From Squalus acanthias (taxonomy: Eukaryota), in the NCBI GenBank assembly GCA_030390025.1, contig CM059431.1, forward strand, positions 136,712,001 to 136,776,000: 64,000 nt of DNA, in the 5' to 3' direction. The notes below the pieces were generated by a model that saw only the letters and a list, made by a program, of their open reading frames with translations, was not told the DNA's origin and did no database searches. Of the stretch, positions 12,246 through 23,745 are shown in pieces. Made by a program: the position numbers and the translations under genes. Positions within the stretch are counted from its first letter, which is position 1. Every line of letters starts with the position of its first letter.

Positions 12246-12351
12246 ACGAGTTTCGTGATGAACAAATCAAATTAATCAAAGAGCTTCTTGAAAATAATGT
12301 CTGTCATTTTTATCATTATCTGAAATTTCTGATCTTAAAACTGAGAATCTA

Positions 12352-12357
12352 AATAAA
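12352..12357 (+). terminator. Candidate polyadenylation signal AATAAA (alternatives at 12133 and 12514)
   Basis: AATAAA in AT-rich sequence about 820 nt after the stop codon. No transcript data. Confidence 0.35.
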
Positions 12358-12889
12358 AACAAATACTTAATTTTCGCATCAACATCATTAAATCTAATGA
12401 TGGCATTGTTTTTAATATTAACTTTATTGCCTTCCATGAAGATTTAACTTCAAAGCCTCAGCATGTCGCAAAAACCTGGGTTGCATGAATATTTTTTTAC
12501 CACAGAATAGTTGAATAAATCTTTCAAAGACACATGTACATTCTGAGTGGCTCGAATTTCTGTATCCCAGGCAGCCACGTTGCATATTTGCCCCAACTAC
12601 TTAACTCCAAAGCCGCTCTCTCTGTTCACAAACCTTTAGGCCACATCCGCAGTGCTCCCTGATCCCAGGTCTGGCCCCAGTGCTCTAACACCCTGAGATC
12701 CCCAATCATTTTCCCAGGATCCTAATACTAATGCTAAATCGTGAGATCTCAATGTACACAGAAATATATCGATCATACAACACGGAAACATTCCATTCCG
12801 CACAACCAGTCAATGTCTTTCTTTATCCTCCACACGAGCAAATAGCTCCAATCATATTGACCCGCCCTATTCAAACTCTTTTGCGAATT

Positions 12890-13980
12890 TCAAGGTAATT
12901 GTCAGAAGAACCAGAGGCGACATGTGGAAACATTTTTTTGCACAGCGAGTTGTTGCTATCTGGAATGCAAAACTTGAAAGGGTGGTGGGGGCAGATTTAA
13001 CAGTAAATTGCAAAAGGGAATTGGAAACGGCGCTGACTGCTGCTGTAAAATCTTCCGGCGAGCAACAAAGAAGTGACAGAATTTATTTATTCCGAGATTA
13101 GAGAGGATTGTAGCAAAATCAGGGTTGTTTTAAATGGAGACTGTAATTGCCATATGGAATGGGAAGAGCAGACCAGCTCCAGTCGGAAAGGTGGTGCTTT
13201 CAAGGTAGTTTCTGGAGCAGTATCTTCTGGAACCAACAAGGAGAATAATAGATTTAGGAATGAGTAATGGGCCAGTCTTCGTTAATTAACTAATAGTAGG
13301 GCACTACTATTTAACTGTGATCATAGTATGATAGAATGCAATGTGAGTTTTGAAAAGTAGAAACGTAACACTTTTACAAAGATTCTAGATTTTGGTAAGG
13401 TTAACTTTAACGGGAAGAAACAGAGACTGACGACAACAAGCTGGTCAAAATCGTTATGGGATAAGACTGCAGCTGAACAGTGGGAGATCCTGAAAACTAG
13501 TTTGGCTTCATACAGGATCAGTATATACCCCTAAAGGGCAAAATCTGTCATTACCAATTTAAACAGCCATGGTTGACATTGAGTTGAGAGGTGGCATAAA
13601 ACTACAGGAAATGGCACACAAAAGTGCAGAGAATATTTTAGATCCAGTGTACTGGAATAAACAGAAAGAAAAACAATGGAAGCCACAAAATGATAGTAAA
13701 AGGTGCAAATGGGAACACGAAAAGAAACTTGCGAGGGTTATCAACATAAAAAAAATCATTTTTACAATTACATTAGAAGAAATAAATATAGTCAAGGGTA
13801 ATGAGCTTCATTTAGAAACAGATGTGGCTAATACTGAAAATGCAAATAACAAAATCTCAGACTTGTTGAATAATTAACGTGTGTCAGTCAACACAGTAGG
13901 GGAAGGGGATAATATGCCTTAACATCCTAGGAAAACTAGTAATGAATCAAGGACCGGAAAGCACTAAAGTTAACGTAAGC
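12890..13980 (+). mobile_element. Old decayed CR1 pieces (3' fragment about 12890-13025; ORF2 endonuclease/linker remnant about 13085-13980)
   Basis: Remnants of VVLNGDCN, DHSMIEC, QWEILK, EKKLA and ISDLLN motifs with stops and frameshifts. Confidence 0.65.
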
Positions 13981-15960
13981 AAGTAATCCGTTTGCCCTCC
14001 TTTGCTGAATCCTAAACTGCTCCCAATCCTCAGGTTTGCAGCTTTTTCTGGCCAATTGATATGTCCTCTCCTTGGATCTTATGCTATCCCTAATTTCCCA
14101 TGTTAGCCACGGTTGAGTCACATTTTTTGTTTTATTTTTATGCCAAACAGGGATGAAGTCATTCTGTAGTTCATCCATGCGATCTTTAAATGTTTGACAT
14201 TGCCTTTCCACCGTCAACCCTTTAAGTAACGCTCCCCAATCCAACCTAGCCAACTCGCACCTCATGCCATCGTAGTTTCCTTCATTTAAATTCAGGCCCC
14301 TAGTCTCTGAGACAACTACTTCACTCTCCATCTTAATGAAGAATTCTATCATATTATGATCGCTCCTCCCCAAGGGGCCTCGCACAACAAGATTGCTAAT
14401 TAATCCTTGCTCATTATATAATATCCAGTCTAAGATGGCCTGATCTCTAGTTGGTTCCTCGACATATTGGTCCAGGAAACCATTGTGTATACACTCTAGG
14501 AATTCCTCCTCCACAGTATTATTACTAATTCGGTTAGCCCAATCTATATGTATATTAAAGTCACCCATGAAAGCTGCTGTGCCCTTGTTGCACGCATCTC
14601 TAATTTCCAGTTTAATGCCACCCCCAACCTCAGCATTACTGTTTAGGGGTCTGTATACAACTCCCACTAACGTTTTCTGCCCCTTGGTAATTCTCAGCTC
14701 TACCCATACAGATTCCAAATCATCAGAGCAGATATCCTTCCTTACTCTTGTGTTAATCTCCTCTTTAACCAGCTACCCCACCACCATTTCCTTTTTGTCT
14801 GTCCTTCCTGAATATTGAATACCCCTGGATGTTGAAATTCCAGCCTTGGTCACCCTGGAGCCATGTCTCCGTAATCCCAATTATATCATATCTGGTTACA
14901 TCTATTTGCGCAGCTAATTCTACCACCTTATTACGAATGCTCCTCGCATTAAGACACAAAGCCTTCAGGCTTGATTTTTAACACTCTTAGTCCTTTTAGA
15001 ATTATTATTTACTGTGGCCCTTTTTGATTTACATCCTTGATTTCTCTGCCTTCCACTTTTGCTTTTCTCCTTCCTGTCTTTTGCTTCTATGCTTGCTTGC
15101 CTTTCCTTTGTTTCCCTGCACAGGTTCCCAAACCCCTGCGATTTTAGTTTAAACCCTCCCCAACAGCACTAACAAACACTCCCCCTAGGACATCGGTCCC
15201 GGTCCTGCCCAGGTGCAAACCGTCCAGTTTGTACTGGTCCCACCTCCCCCAGAACCGGTTCCAATGTCCCAGGATATTGAATCCCTCACCCTTGCACCAT
15301 TCCTCCAGCCACGTATTCATCTGAAATATCCTTCTATTTCTACTCTGACTAGCACGTTGCACCGGTAGCAATCCTGAGATTACTACCTTTGAGGTCCTAT
15401 TTTTTAATTTACCTCCTAACTCCCTATATTCAGCTTTTAGGTCCTCATCGCGTTTTTTACCTATATCGTTGGTACCTATATGCACCACGACAACTGGCTG
15501 TTCACCCTCCCCATCCAGAATGCCCTGCAGCCGCTCCGAGACATCCTTGACCTGTGCACCAGGGAGGCAACATAGCATCCCGGAGTCTCGTTTGCGGCCG
15601 CACGTGTCCCTGATTTCCCACATAGTGCAGGAGGAGCATGCCACAGGGCTGAGCTGTGCTGCCATGAATTATCCTTTAATTAATTTAAATTAACTCAAAT
15701 CAAATTACACTACAATTAAATGATATACTCAAGGGCTCTTGTATACTAGCACTCCCTGCTACACAACAGAGACCTTAGAAACTAGAACCAGAAAAATTAG
15801 GACCTTCTAAACTTTATATACTATTAACCTTACCTGTCAAACTGCAGAGTAGTATAAATACTCACTTGGCCGTACACACCCAATCAGCTGCTTCCTCTTG
15901 TCCCCGTCACTTTTTGAATCGTGACGTGACTCTGGAACGCTGCCGCCGGTCTGAGATTGG
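13981..15960 (-). mobile_element. CR1 LINE copy 1: 5' UTR, internally deleted ORF1 (15144..15665) and ORF2 endonuclease; 3'-truncated
   Basis: ORF1 has CxxC and SGNH-esterase motifs (VVVHIGTND, DGLHL). ORF2 has CLNARSIRNK, GITETWL, GVVYRP, MGDFN and SDHNMI. No RT domain. Confidence 0.93.
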
Positions 15961-15963
15961 TAA

Positions 15964-16540
15964 ACCTCTGCAAAAATGCCCGCGAAACTGAGATTAACTA
16001 CTCACTGTGGTGCTGCACTCTCCGCTCCCGTCACTGGCCTCTGCAAAAATGCCCGCGAAACTGAGATTAACTACTCACTGTGCTGCTGCACTCTCCGCTC
16101 CCGACACCGGCCTCTTTAAAAAAAAACGCGAAAGTGAGTTTAACTACTCACTGTGCTGCTGCACTCTCCGCTCCCGTCACTGGCCTCTGCAAAAATGCCC
16201 GCGAAACTGAGATTAACTACTCACTGTGCTGCTGCACTCTCCGCTCCCGACACTGGCCTCTGCAAAAATGCCCGCGAAACTGAGTTTAACTACTCACTGT
16301 GCTGCTGCACTCTCCGCTCCCGACACCGGCCTCTTTAAAAAAACCCGCGAAAGTGAGTTTAACTACTCACTGTGCTGCTGCACTCTCCGCTCCCGACACT
16401 GGCCTCTTTAAAAAAAACCGCGAAAGTGAATTTAACTACTCACTGTGCTGCTGCTCTCTCCGCTCCCGACATTGGCCTCTGTAAAAAGCCCGCGAAAGTG
16501 AGTTAAACTAATCACTGTGCTGCTGCTCTCTCCGCTCTCC
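15964..16540 (-). repeat. 73-bp CpG-rich tandem array (about 8 units) at the 5' end of CR1 copy 1
   Basis: Unit AAAAATGCCCGCGAAACTGAGATTAACTACTCACTGTGCTGCTGCACTCTCCGCTCCCGACACTGGCCTCTGC. ORF-track starts recur every 73 bp. Confidence 0.95.
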
Positions 16541-16542
16541 TG

Positions 16543-16735
16543 AAATAAAAACAGAAATTGCTGGAAATACTCAGCAGGTCAGGCAGCATCTGTGGAGAGA
16601 GAAACAGAGTTAACGTTTCAGGTCAATGACCCTTCGTCAGAACTGGAAAAAGCTGGAGATGGAACAGGTTTTTAAGCCAGTTTAGTGGCCGGGTAGGGGG
16701 GAGGGGAGGAAACAACTAAAGGGAAGGTCTGTGAT
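16543..16735 (-). mobile_element. Penelope-like element terminal fragment
   Basis: Minus strand reads ...CTGACGAAGGGTCATTGACCTGAAACGTTAACTCTGTTTCTCTCTCCACAGATGCTGCCTGACCTGCTGAGTATTTCCAGC..., a repeat end I recognise as common in elasmobranchs. The family assignment rests mainly on the hammerhead motif. Confidence 0.65.
16605..16646 (-). ncRNA. Minimal type I hammerhead ribozyme motif
   Basis: AGUU-CUGACGA-A-GGGUC(AUU)GACCU-GAAA-CG-UU/AACU: both core boxes, a 5-bp stem II, a palindromic AACGUU stem III and a 4-bp stem I. Confidence 0.75.
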
Positions 16736-19700
16736 AATGTACATGACTGTTCTCCCTGATTGTATGTTCACAGATTGAAACCACACAATTTCCAAGACCC
16801 TGCTATGTTGGAAGATTGGCAGCTGGCCAGTCGTGATAGAATAGACGAGAAGAGGTAATTGAGGAATATGTGGAGGGAACCAGCTTTATATTAACATGCA
16901 CTAAACCTTCAGTGATCACGCTGGCGTGTTGGTGTAGGGCTAGGACAATGTGAAGTGGATGTAGGGCTTGGTCAATGGATTGTCGGAGTCGGGCTCGGCC
17001 AGTGCCGTGTCGGCCTTGAACTGAGACAGTGGGTTGTCGGCTTCGTGCTGGGTCAATTGGATGTCGGCGTGGGGTTGGGTCAATTGGGTGTCGGCGTGGA
17101 GTTGGGTCAATTGGGTGTCGGCGTGGAGTTGGGTCAATGGGATGTCGGCGTGGACCTGGGTCAATGCGGCGTGCTAGGTGGGGTGAGGTGCTCGATCAGT
17201 GAGGTGTGGGGCTGGGTCAGTGGGGTGTGGGACTGGGTCAGTGGGGTGTGGGGCTGGGTCAGTGAGGTGTGGGACTCGGTCAGTGGGGTGTGGGGCTGGC
17301 TGAGTGGGGTGTGGGGCTGTGTCAGTGGGGTGTGGGGCTGGATCAGTGGGGTGTGGGGCTGGGTCAGTGGGGTGTGGGTCTGGGTCAGTGGGGTGTGGGG
17401 CTGGGTCAGTGGGGTGTGGGACTGGGTCAGCGGGGTGTGGGGCTGGGTCAGTGGGGTGTGGGTCTGGGTCAGTGGGGTGTGGGGCTGTGTAAGTGGGGTG
17501 TGGGGCTGGGTAAGTGGGGTGTGGGGCTGGGTCAGTGGGATGAGGGGCTGGTTCAGTGGGGTGAGGGACTTGGTCAGTGGGGTGAGGGGCTGGGTCAGTG
17601 GGATGTGAGGTTGGGTCAGAGGGATGTGGTGCTCGATCAGTGAGGTGTGGGACTGGGTAAGTGGGGTGTGGGGCTGGGTCAGTGGGATGTGGGACTGGGT
17701 CAGTGGGGTGTGTGGCTGGGTCAGTGGGGTGTGGGGCTGGGTCAGTGGGGTGAGGGGCTGGGTCAGTGGTGTGAGGGGCTGGGTCAGTGGGGTTTGGGGC
17801 TGGGTCATTCGGGTGTGAGGCTGGGTCAATGGGGTGAGTGTCTGCGTCAGTGGGTTGTGGGGCTTGGTCAGTGGGTTGTGTGGCTGGGTCAGAGGGGTGT
17901 GGGGCTGGGTCAGAGTTGTGTGGTGCTGGGTCAGTGTGTTGTGGCACTCTGTCAGTTGGGTGTGGGTCAGCGGGGTGAGGGGCTGGGTCAGTTGGGTTTG
18001 GGGCTATGTCAGAGGGGTGTGGGGCTGGGTCAGTGTTGCGTGGGGCTGTGTCAGTGGGTTGTGGTGCTGGGTCAGAGGGGTGTAGGGCTGGGTCAGTTTG
18101 GTGTGGGGCTGGGTCAGTGGGGTGTGGGGCTGGGTCAGTGGGGTGAAGGGCTGGGTCAGTGTGGTGTGGGGCTGGTTCAGTGGGGTGTGGGGATGGGTCA
18201 GTGGGGTGTAGGGCAGGGACAGTTCTGTGTGGGGCTGGGTCTGTGGGGTGTGGGGCTGGGTCAGAGGTGTGGGGCTGGGTCAGAGGGGTGTGGGGCTGGG
18301 TCAGTGCGGTGTGGGGCAGGGTCAGTGTGGTGTGGGGCTGTGTCAGTGGGGTGGTGGTCAGTGGGGTGCGTGGCTGGGTCAGTGGGGTGAGGGGCTAGGT
18401 CAGATGGTTGTGGGGCTGTGCCAGTGTTGTGTGGGGCTGGGTAAGTGGGGTGTGGGGCTGGGTCAGTGGGGTCTGGGGCTGGGAAAGTGGGGTGTGGGGC
18501 TGTGTAAGAGGGGTGTGGGGCTGTGTCAGTGGGGTGTGGGGCTGGGTCAGTGGGGTGTGGGGCTGGGTCAGTGGGGTGTGGGGCTTGGTCAGTGGGCTGT
18601 GGGTCTGTGTCAGTGGGGTGGCGGGCCGTGTCAGTGGAGTGTGGGGATGGGTCAGTGGGGTTTTGGGGCTGTGTAAGTGAGGTATGGGGCTGGGTCAGTG
18701 GGGTGTGGGGCTGGGTCAGTGGGGTGAGGGGCTGGGTCAGTGGGGTGTGGGGCTGGGTCAGAGGGGTGTGGGGCTGGGTCAGTGTGGTGTAGGACTCTGT
18801 CAGTTGGGTGTGTGTCAGTGGGGTGTGGGGCTGGGGCAGTGGGGTTTGGGGCTATGTCAGAGGGGTGTGGGGCTGGGTCAGTGTGGTGTGGGGCTGTGTC
18901 ATTGGGTTGTGGTGCTGGGTCAGAGGGATGAGGGGCTGGGTCAGTGGGGTGTGGGGCTGGGTCAGTGTGGTGTGGGGATGGGTCAGTGGGGTGTGGGGCT
19001 GGGTCAGTGGGGTGAGGGGCTGGTTCAGTGGGGTGAGGGACTTGGTCAGTGGGGTGTGGGGCTGGGTCAGTGGGTTGTGAGGCTGGGTCAGAGGGGTGTG
19101 GTGCTCGATCAGTGAGGTGTGGGACTGGCTCAGTGGGGTGAGGGGCTGGGTCAGTGGTGTGAGCGGCTGGGTCAGTGGGGTGAGGGGCTGGGTCAGTGTG
19201 GTTTGGGGCTGGGTCATTCGGGTGTGAGGCTGGGTCAGTGGGGTGAGTGTCTGCGTCAGTGGGGTGTGGGGCTTGGTCAGTGGGTTGTGGGGCTGGGTCA
19301 GAGGGGTGTGGGGCCGGGTCAGAGGTGTGTGGGGCTGGGTCAGTGTGTTGTGGCACTCTGTCAGTTGGGTGTGGGTCAGTGGGGTGAGGGGCTGGGTCAG
19401 TTGGGTTTGGGGCTATGTCAGAGGGGTGTGGGGCTGGGTCAGTGTTGCGTGGGGCTGTGTCAGTGGGTTGTGGTGCTGGGTCAGAGGGGTGTAGGGCTGG
19501 GTCAGTTTGGTGTGGGGCTGGGTCAGTGGGGTGTGGGGCTGGGTCAGTGGGGTGAAGGGCTGGGTCAGTGTGGTGTGGGGCTGGTTCAGTGGGGTGTGGG
19601 GATGGGTCAGTGGGGTGTAGGGCAGGGACAGTTCTGTGTGGGGCTGTGTCAGTGGTCTGTTGGGCTGGGTCTGTGAGGTGTGGGGCTGGGTCAGTGGGGT

Positions 19701-20431
19701 GTGGGGCTGGGTCAGTGTGGTGTGGGTCTGTGTCAGTGGGCTGTGGGATGTGGGGCTGGGTCAGTGGGGTGTGGGGCTTGGTCAGAGGGGTGCGGGCTGG
19801 GTCAGTGTGGTGTGGGGCTGGGTGAGTGGGGTGTGGGGCTGGGTCACTTGGGTGCGGAGCTCGGTCAGTGTGGTGTTCTGCTGGGTCAGTGGAGTGTTGG
19901 GCTGGTTCAGTGGGGTGTGGGTGTGAGGCTGGGTCAGTGTGGTGTGAGTCTGTGTCAGTGGGGTGAGGGGCTGAGTCAGTTGCTTGTGAAGCTGGGTCAG
20001 GGGCTGCTGGGCTGGGTCAGTGGGGTGTGGGGCTGGGTCAGTGGGGTGTGGGGCTGTGTCAGTGGGGTGTGGGGCTGGGTCAGTGGAGTGTGGGGCTGGG
20101 TCAGTTGGGTGTGGGGCTGTCTCAGTGGGATGAGGGGCTGGGTCAGTGGGACGCGGGTATGGGTCAAGGAGTGTGGGGCTGATTCAGGGGGTGTGGGGCT
20201 GGGTCAGTGGGGTGTGTGGCTGGGTCAGTTGCGTGTGCGGCTGTGTCAGTGAGGTGTTGGACTAGGGCAGTGGGGATGGATCTCGGGGTGTGGGGCTGGG
20301 TGAGGGAGTGTGTTGCTGGATCAGTGGGGTGTGGATTTGGGGATAAGGGCTGTCGTTGTCGCACCGGGTTTTCGGGGTGTCGGTATATTGCTGTATGAAT
20401 TGAGTCACTGTCTGGTGCTTGGTCAGTGGGG

Positions 20432-21463
20432 TGTCTAGTGGTGTTCCGCAAGGGTCAGTGCTGGGACCCCAACTCTTTACAATCTATATTAACGATTTGG
20501 AGGAGGGGACCAAGTGCAACGTATCCAAGTTTGCTGGCGATACAAAGATAGGAGGAAAAGCTGTGAGTGAGGAGGACATAAAAAACCTGCAAAAGGACAT
20601 CGAAAGGCTAAGTGAGTGGGCGGAAATTTGGCAGATGGAATATAATGTTGGAAAGTTTGAGGTTATGCACTTCGGCAGAAAAAATCAAAGGGCAAGTTAT
20701 TATCTAAATGGAAAGAAACTGCAAAGTGCCACAGTACAAAGCGAACTGGGGGTCCTGGTGCATGAAACAGAGAAGGTTAGTATGCAGGTACAGCAGGTGA
20801 TCAGGAAGGCCAATGGAATCTTGGCTTTTATTGCAAGGGGAATGGAGTATAAAAGCAGGGAAGTCTTGCTTCAGCTATACAGGGTACTGGTGAGGCCACA
20901 CCTGGAATATTGCGTGCAGTTTTGGTTTCCATAATTAAGAAAATATATACTTGCTCTCGAGGCAGTTCAGAGAAGGTTCACTCGGTTGATTCCGGAGATG
21001 AGTGGGTTGACTTATGAGGAAAGGTTGAGTAGGTTGGGCCTCTACTCATTGGAGTTCAGAAGAATGAGAGGCGATCTTATCGAAACATATAAGATTGTGA
21101 AGGGGCTTGGTCGGGTGGAGGCGGGGAGGATGTGTCCACTGATGGGTGAGACTACGCTAGGGGGCATAATCTTAGAATAAGGGGCTGCAATATCAAAACT
21201 GAGATGAGGAGAAACTTCTTCACTCAGAGGGTAGTAAATCTATGGAATTTGCTAATTCAGAGAGCTGTGGAAGCTGCGACATTAAATAAATTTAAAACGG
21301 ACATAGACAGTTTCCTAGCTGATAAGGGAATTAAGGATTATGGGGAGCGGGCAGGGAAGTGGACGTGAGTCCAGGTTCGGATCAGCCATGATCTTATTGA
21401 ATGGTAGAGCAGGCCCAAGGGGCCATATGGCATACTCCTGCTCAGACTTCTTATGTTCTTATG
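20432..21463 (+). mobile_element. 5'-truncated CR1 (RT C-terminal half and 3' UTR), duplicate A
   Basis: SGVPQGSVLGPQLFTIYINDL, KFAGDTK and LVRPHLEYCVQFW; stop at 20932; ttcttatgttcttatg tail. Confidence 0.95.
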
Positions 21464-22712
21464 TGATATGATGCTGTGTCAGTGGGGTGTCGGTGTAGGG
21501 CTCTGTCAGTGTGGTGTGGGACTGTGTCAGTGCGCTTTTGGGCTGGGATTAGTGTGGTACGGGGCTGGGTCAGTGTGTTGCGGAGTGGGGTCAGTGTGGT
21601 GCGGGGTATTGTCAGTGGCGATTTTATTTGGGTTTGTGGCTGGGTCAGTGGGGCATGGGGCTGGGGCAGTGGGTTTTGGGTCTCGGTCTGTTGGGTGAAG
21701 TGCTGGGTCAGTGGGGTTTGGGGCTGGGTCAGTGGGGTGTGGGGATGGGTCAGTGGGGTGCGGGGCTGGGTCAGTGGAGTGCGAGGCTGGGTCCGTGGGA
21801 TGCGTGACTGGGTCCCTGGGGTGCGGGGCTTGGTCAGTGGGGTGTGGAGCTTGGTTAGCGGGGTGTGGGGCTGGGTCAGTGGGGTGTGGGGCTTGCTCAG
21901 TGGGCTGTGGGGCTGGGTCAGTGGGGTGTGGGGTTGGGTCAGTGGGGTGTGGGTCTGTGTCAGTGGGGTGCGTGGCTGGGTCAGTGGGTTGTGGGGCTGG
22001 GTCAGTGGGGTGCGGGGCTGTGTCAGTGGGGTGTGGGGCTGGGTCGGTAGGGTGTGGGGCTGGGTCAGTGGGGTGTGGGGCTGGGTCAGTGGAGTGTGGG
22101 GCTGGGTCAGTGGGGTGTGGGGCCTGGTCAGTGGGGTGTGGGGCTGGGTCTGTGGGGTGCGAGGCTGGGTCAGTGGGGTGTGGGGCTGAGTCATTGGGGT
22201 GTGGGGCTGGGTCGCTGGCGTGTGGGGCTGGGTCATTGGGGTGTGGGGCTGGTTCAATGGGGTGTCGGGCACGGTCTGTGGGGTGCGGGGTTGGGTCCGT
22301 GGGGTGCGGGGCTGGGTCAGTGGGGTGCGGAGCTGGGTCAGTGGGGTGTGGGGCTGGGTCAGTGGGGTGTGGGGCTGGGTCAGTGGAGTGCGTGGCTGGG
22401 TCACTGGGGTGCGGGGCTGGGTCTGTGGGGTGCGTGGCTGTGTCAGTGCGGTTCGGGGCTGGGTCAGTGGGGTGCGGGGCTGGGTACGTTGGGTGTGGGG
22501 CTGGGTCAGTTGCGTGTGCGGCTGTGTCAGTGAGGTGTTGGACTAGGGCAGTGGGGATGGATCTCGGGGTGTGGGGCTGGGTGAGGGAGTGTGTTGCTGG
22601 ATCAGTGGGGTGTGGATTTGGGATTAAGGGATGTCGTTGTCGCACCGGGTGTTCGGGGTGTCGGTATATTGCTGTATGAATTGAGTCACTGTCTGGTGCT
22701 TGGTCAGTGGGG

Positions 22713-23745
22713 TGTCTAGTGGTGTTCCGCAAGGGTCAGTGCTGGGACCCCAACTCTTTACAATCTATATTAACGATTTGGAGGAGGGGACCAAGTGCAA
22801 CGTATCCAAGTTTGCTGGCGATACAAAGATAGGAGGAAAAGCTGTGAGTGAGGAGGACATAAAAAACCTGCAAAAGGACATCGAAAGGCTAAGTGAGTGG
22901 GCGGAAATTTGGCAGATGGAATATAAGGTTGGAAAGTTTGAGGTTATGCACTTCGGCAGAAAAAATCAAAGGGCAAGTTATTATCTAAATGGAAAGAAAC
23001 TGCAAAGTGCCACAGTACAAAGCGAACTGGGGGTCCTGGTGCATGAAACAGAGAAGGTTAGTATGCAGTTACAGCATGTGATCAGGAAGGCCAATGGAAT
23101 CATGGCTTTTATTGCAAGGGGGATGGAGTATAAAAGCAGGGAAGTCTTGCTTCAGCTATACAGGTTACTGGTGAGGCCACACCTGGAATATTGCGTGCAG
23201 CTTTGGTTTCCATATTTAAGAAAATATATACTTGCTCTCGAGGCAGTTCAGAGAAGGTTCACTCGGTTGATTCCGGAGATGAGTGGGTTGACTTATGAGG
23301 AAAGGTTGAGTAGGTTGGGCCTCTACTCATTGGAGTTCAGAAGAATGAGAGGTGATCTTATCGAAACATATACGATTGTGAAGGGGCTTGGTCGGGTGGA
23401 GGCGGGGAGGATGTGTGCCACTGATGGGTGAGACTACGCTAGGGGGCATAATCTTAGAATAAGGGGCTGCAATATCAAAACTGAGATGAGGAGAAACTTC
23501 TTCACTCAGAGGGTAGTAAATCTATGGAATTTGCTAATTCAGAGAGCTGTGGAAGCTGCGACAGTAAATAAATTTAAAACGGACATAGACAGTTTCCTAG
23601 CTGATAAGGGAATTAAGGATTATGGGGAGCGGGCAGGGAAGTGGACGTGAGTCTAGGTTCGGATCAGCCATGATCTTATTGAATGGTGGAGCAGGCCCAA
23701 GGGGCCATATGGCCTACTCCTGCTCAGACTTCTTATGTTCTTATG
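22713..23745 (+). mobile_element. 5'-truncated CR1, duplicate B
   Basis: Near-identical to duplicate A at offset 2281, with the same flanks. Confidence 0.95.

Noticed and set aside
15964..16540. Possible CRISPR array or tRNA cluster (73-bp period)
   Set aside because: There are no unique spacers, no cas genes, and no cloverleaf or A/B boxes; the context is eukaryotic.
17200..20200. Immunoglobulin switch region or telomeric repeat
   Set aside because: No Ig exons and no TTAGGG runs; only generic G-rich similarity.
22700..23431. Functional reverse transcriptase gene
   Set aside because: It is 5'-truncated, the catalytic motif reads FAGD, and the end is frameshifted.
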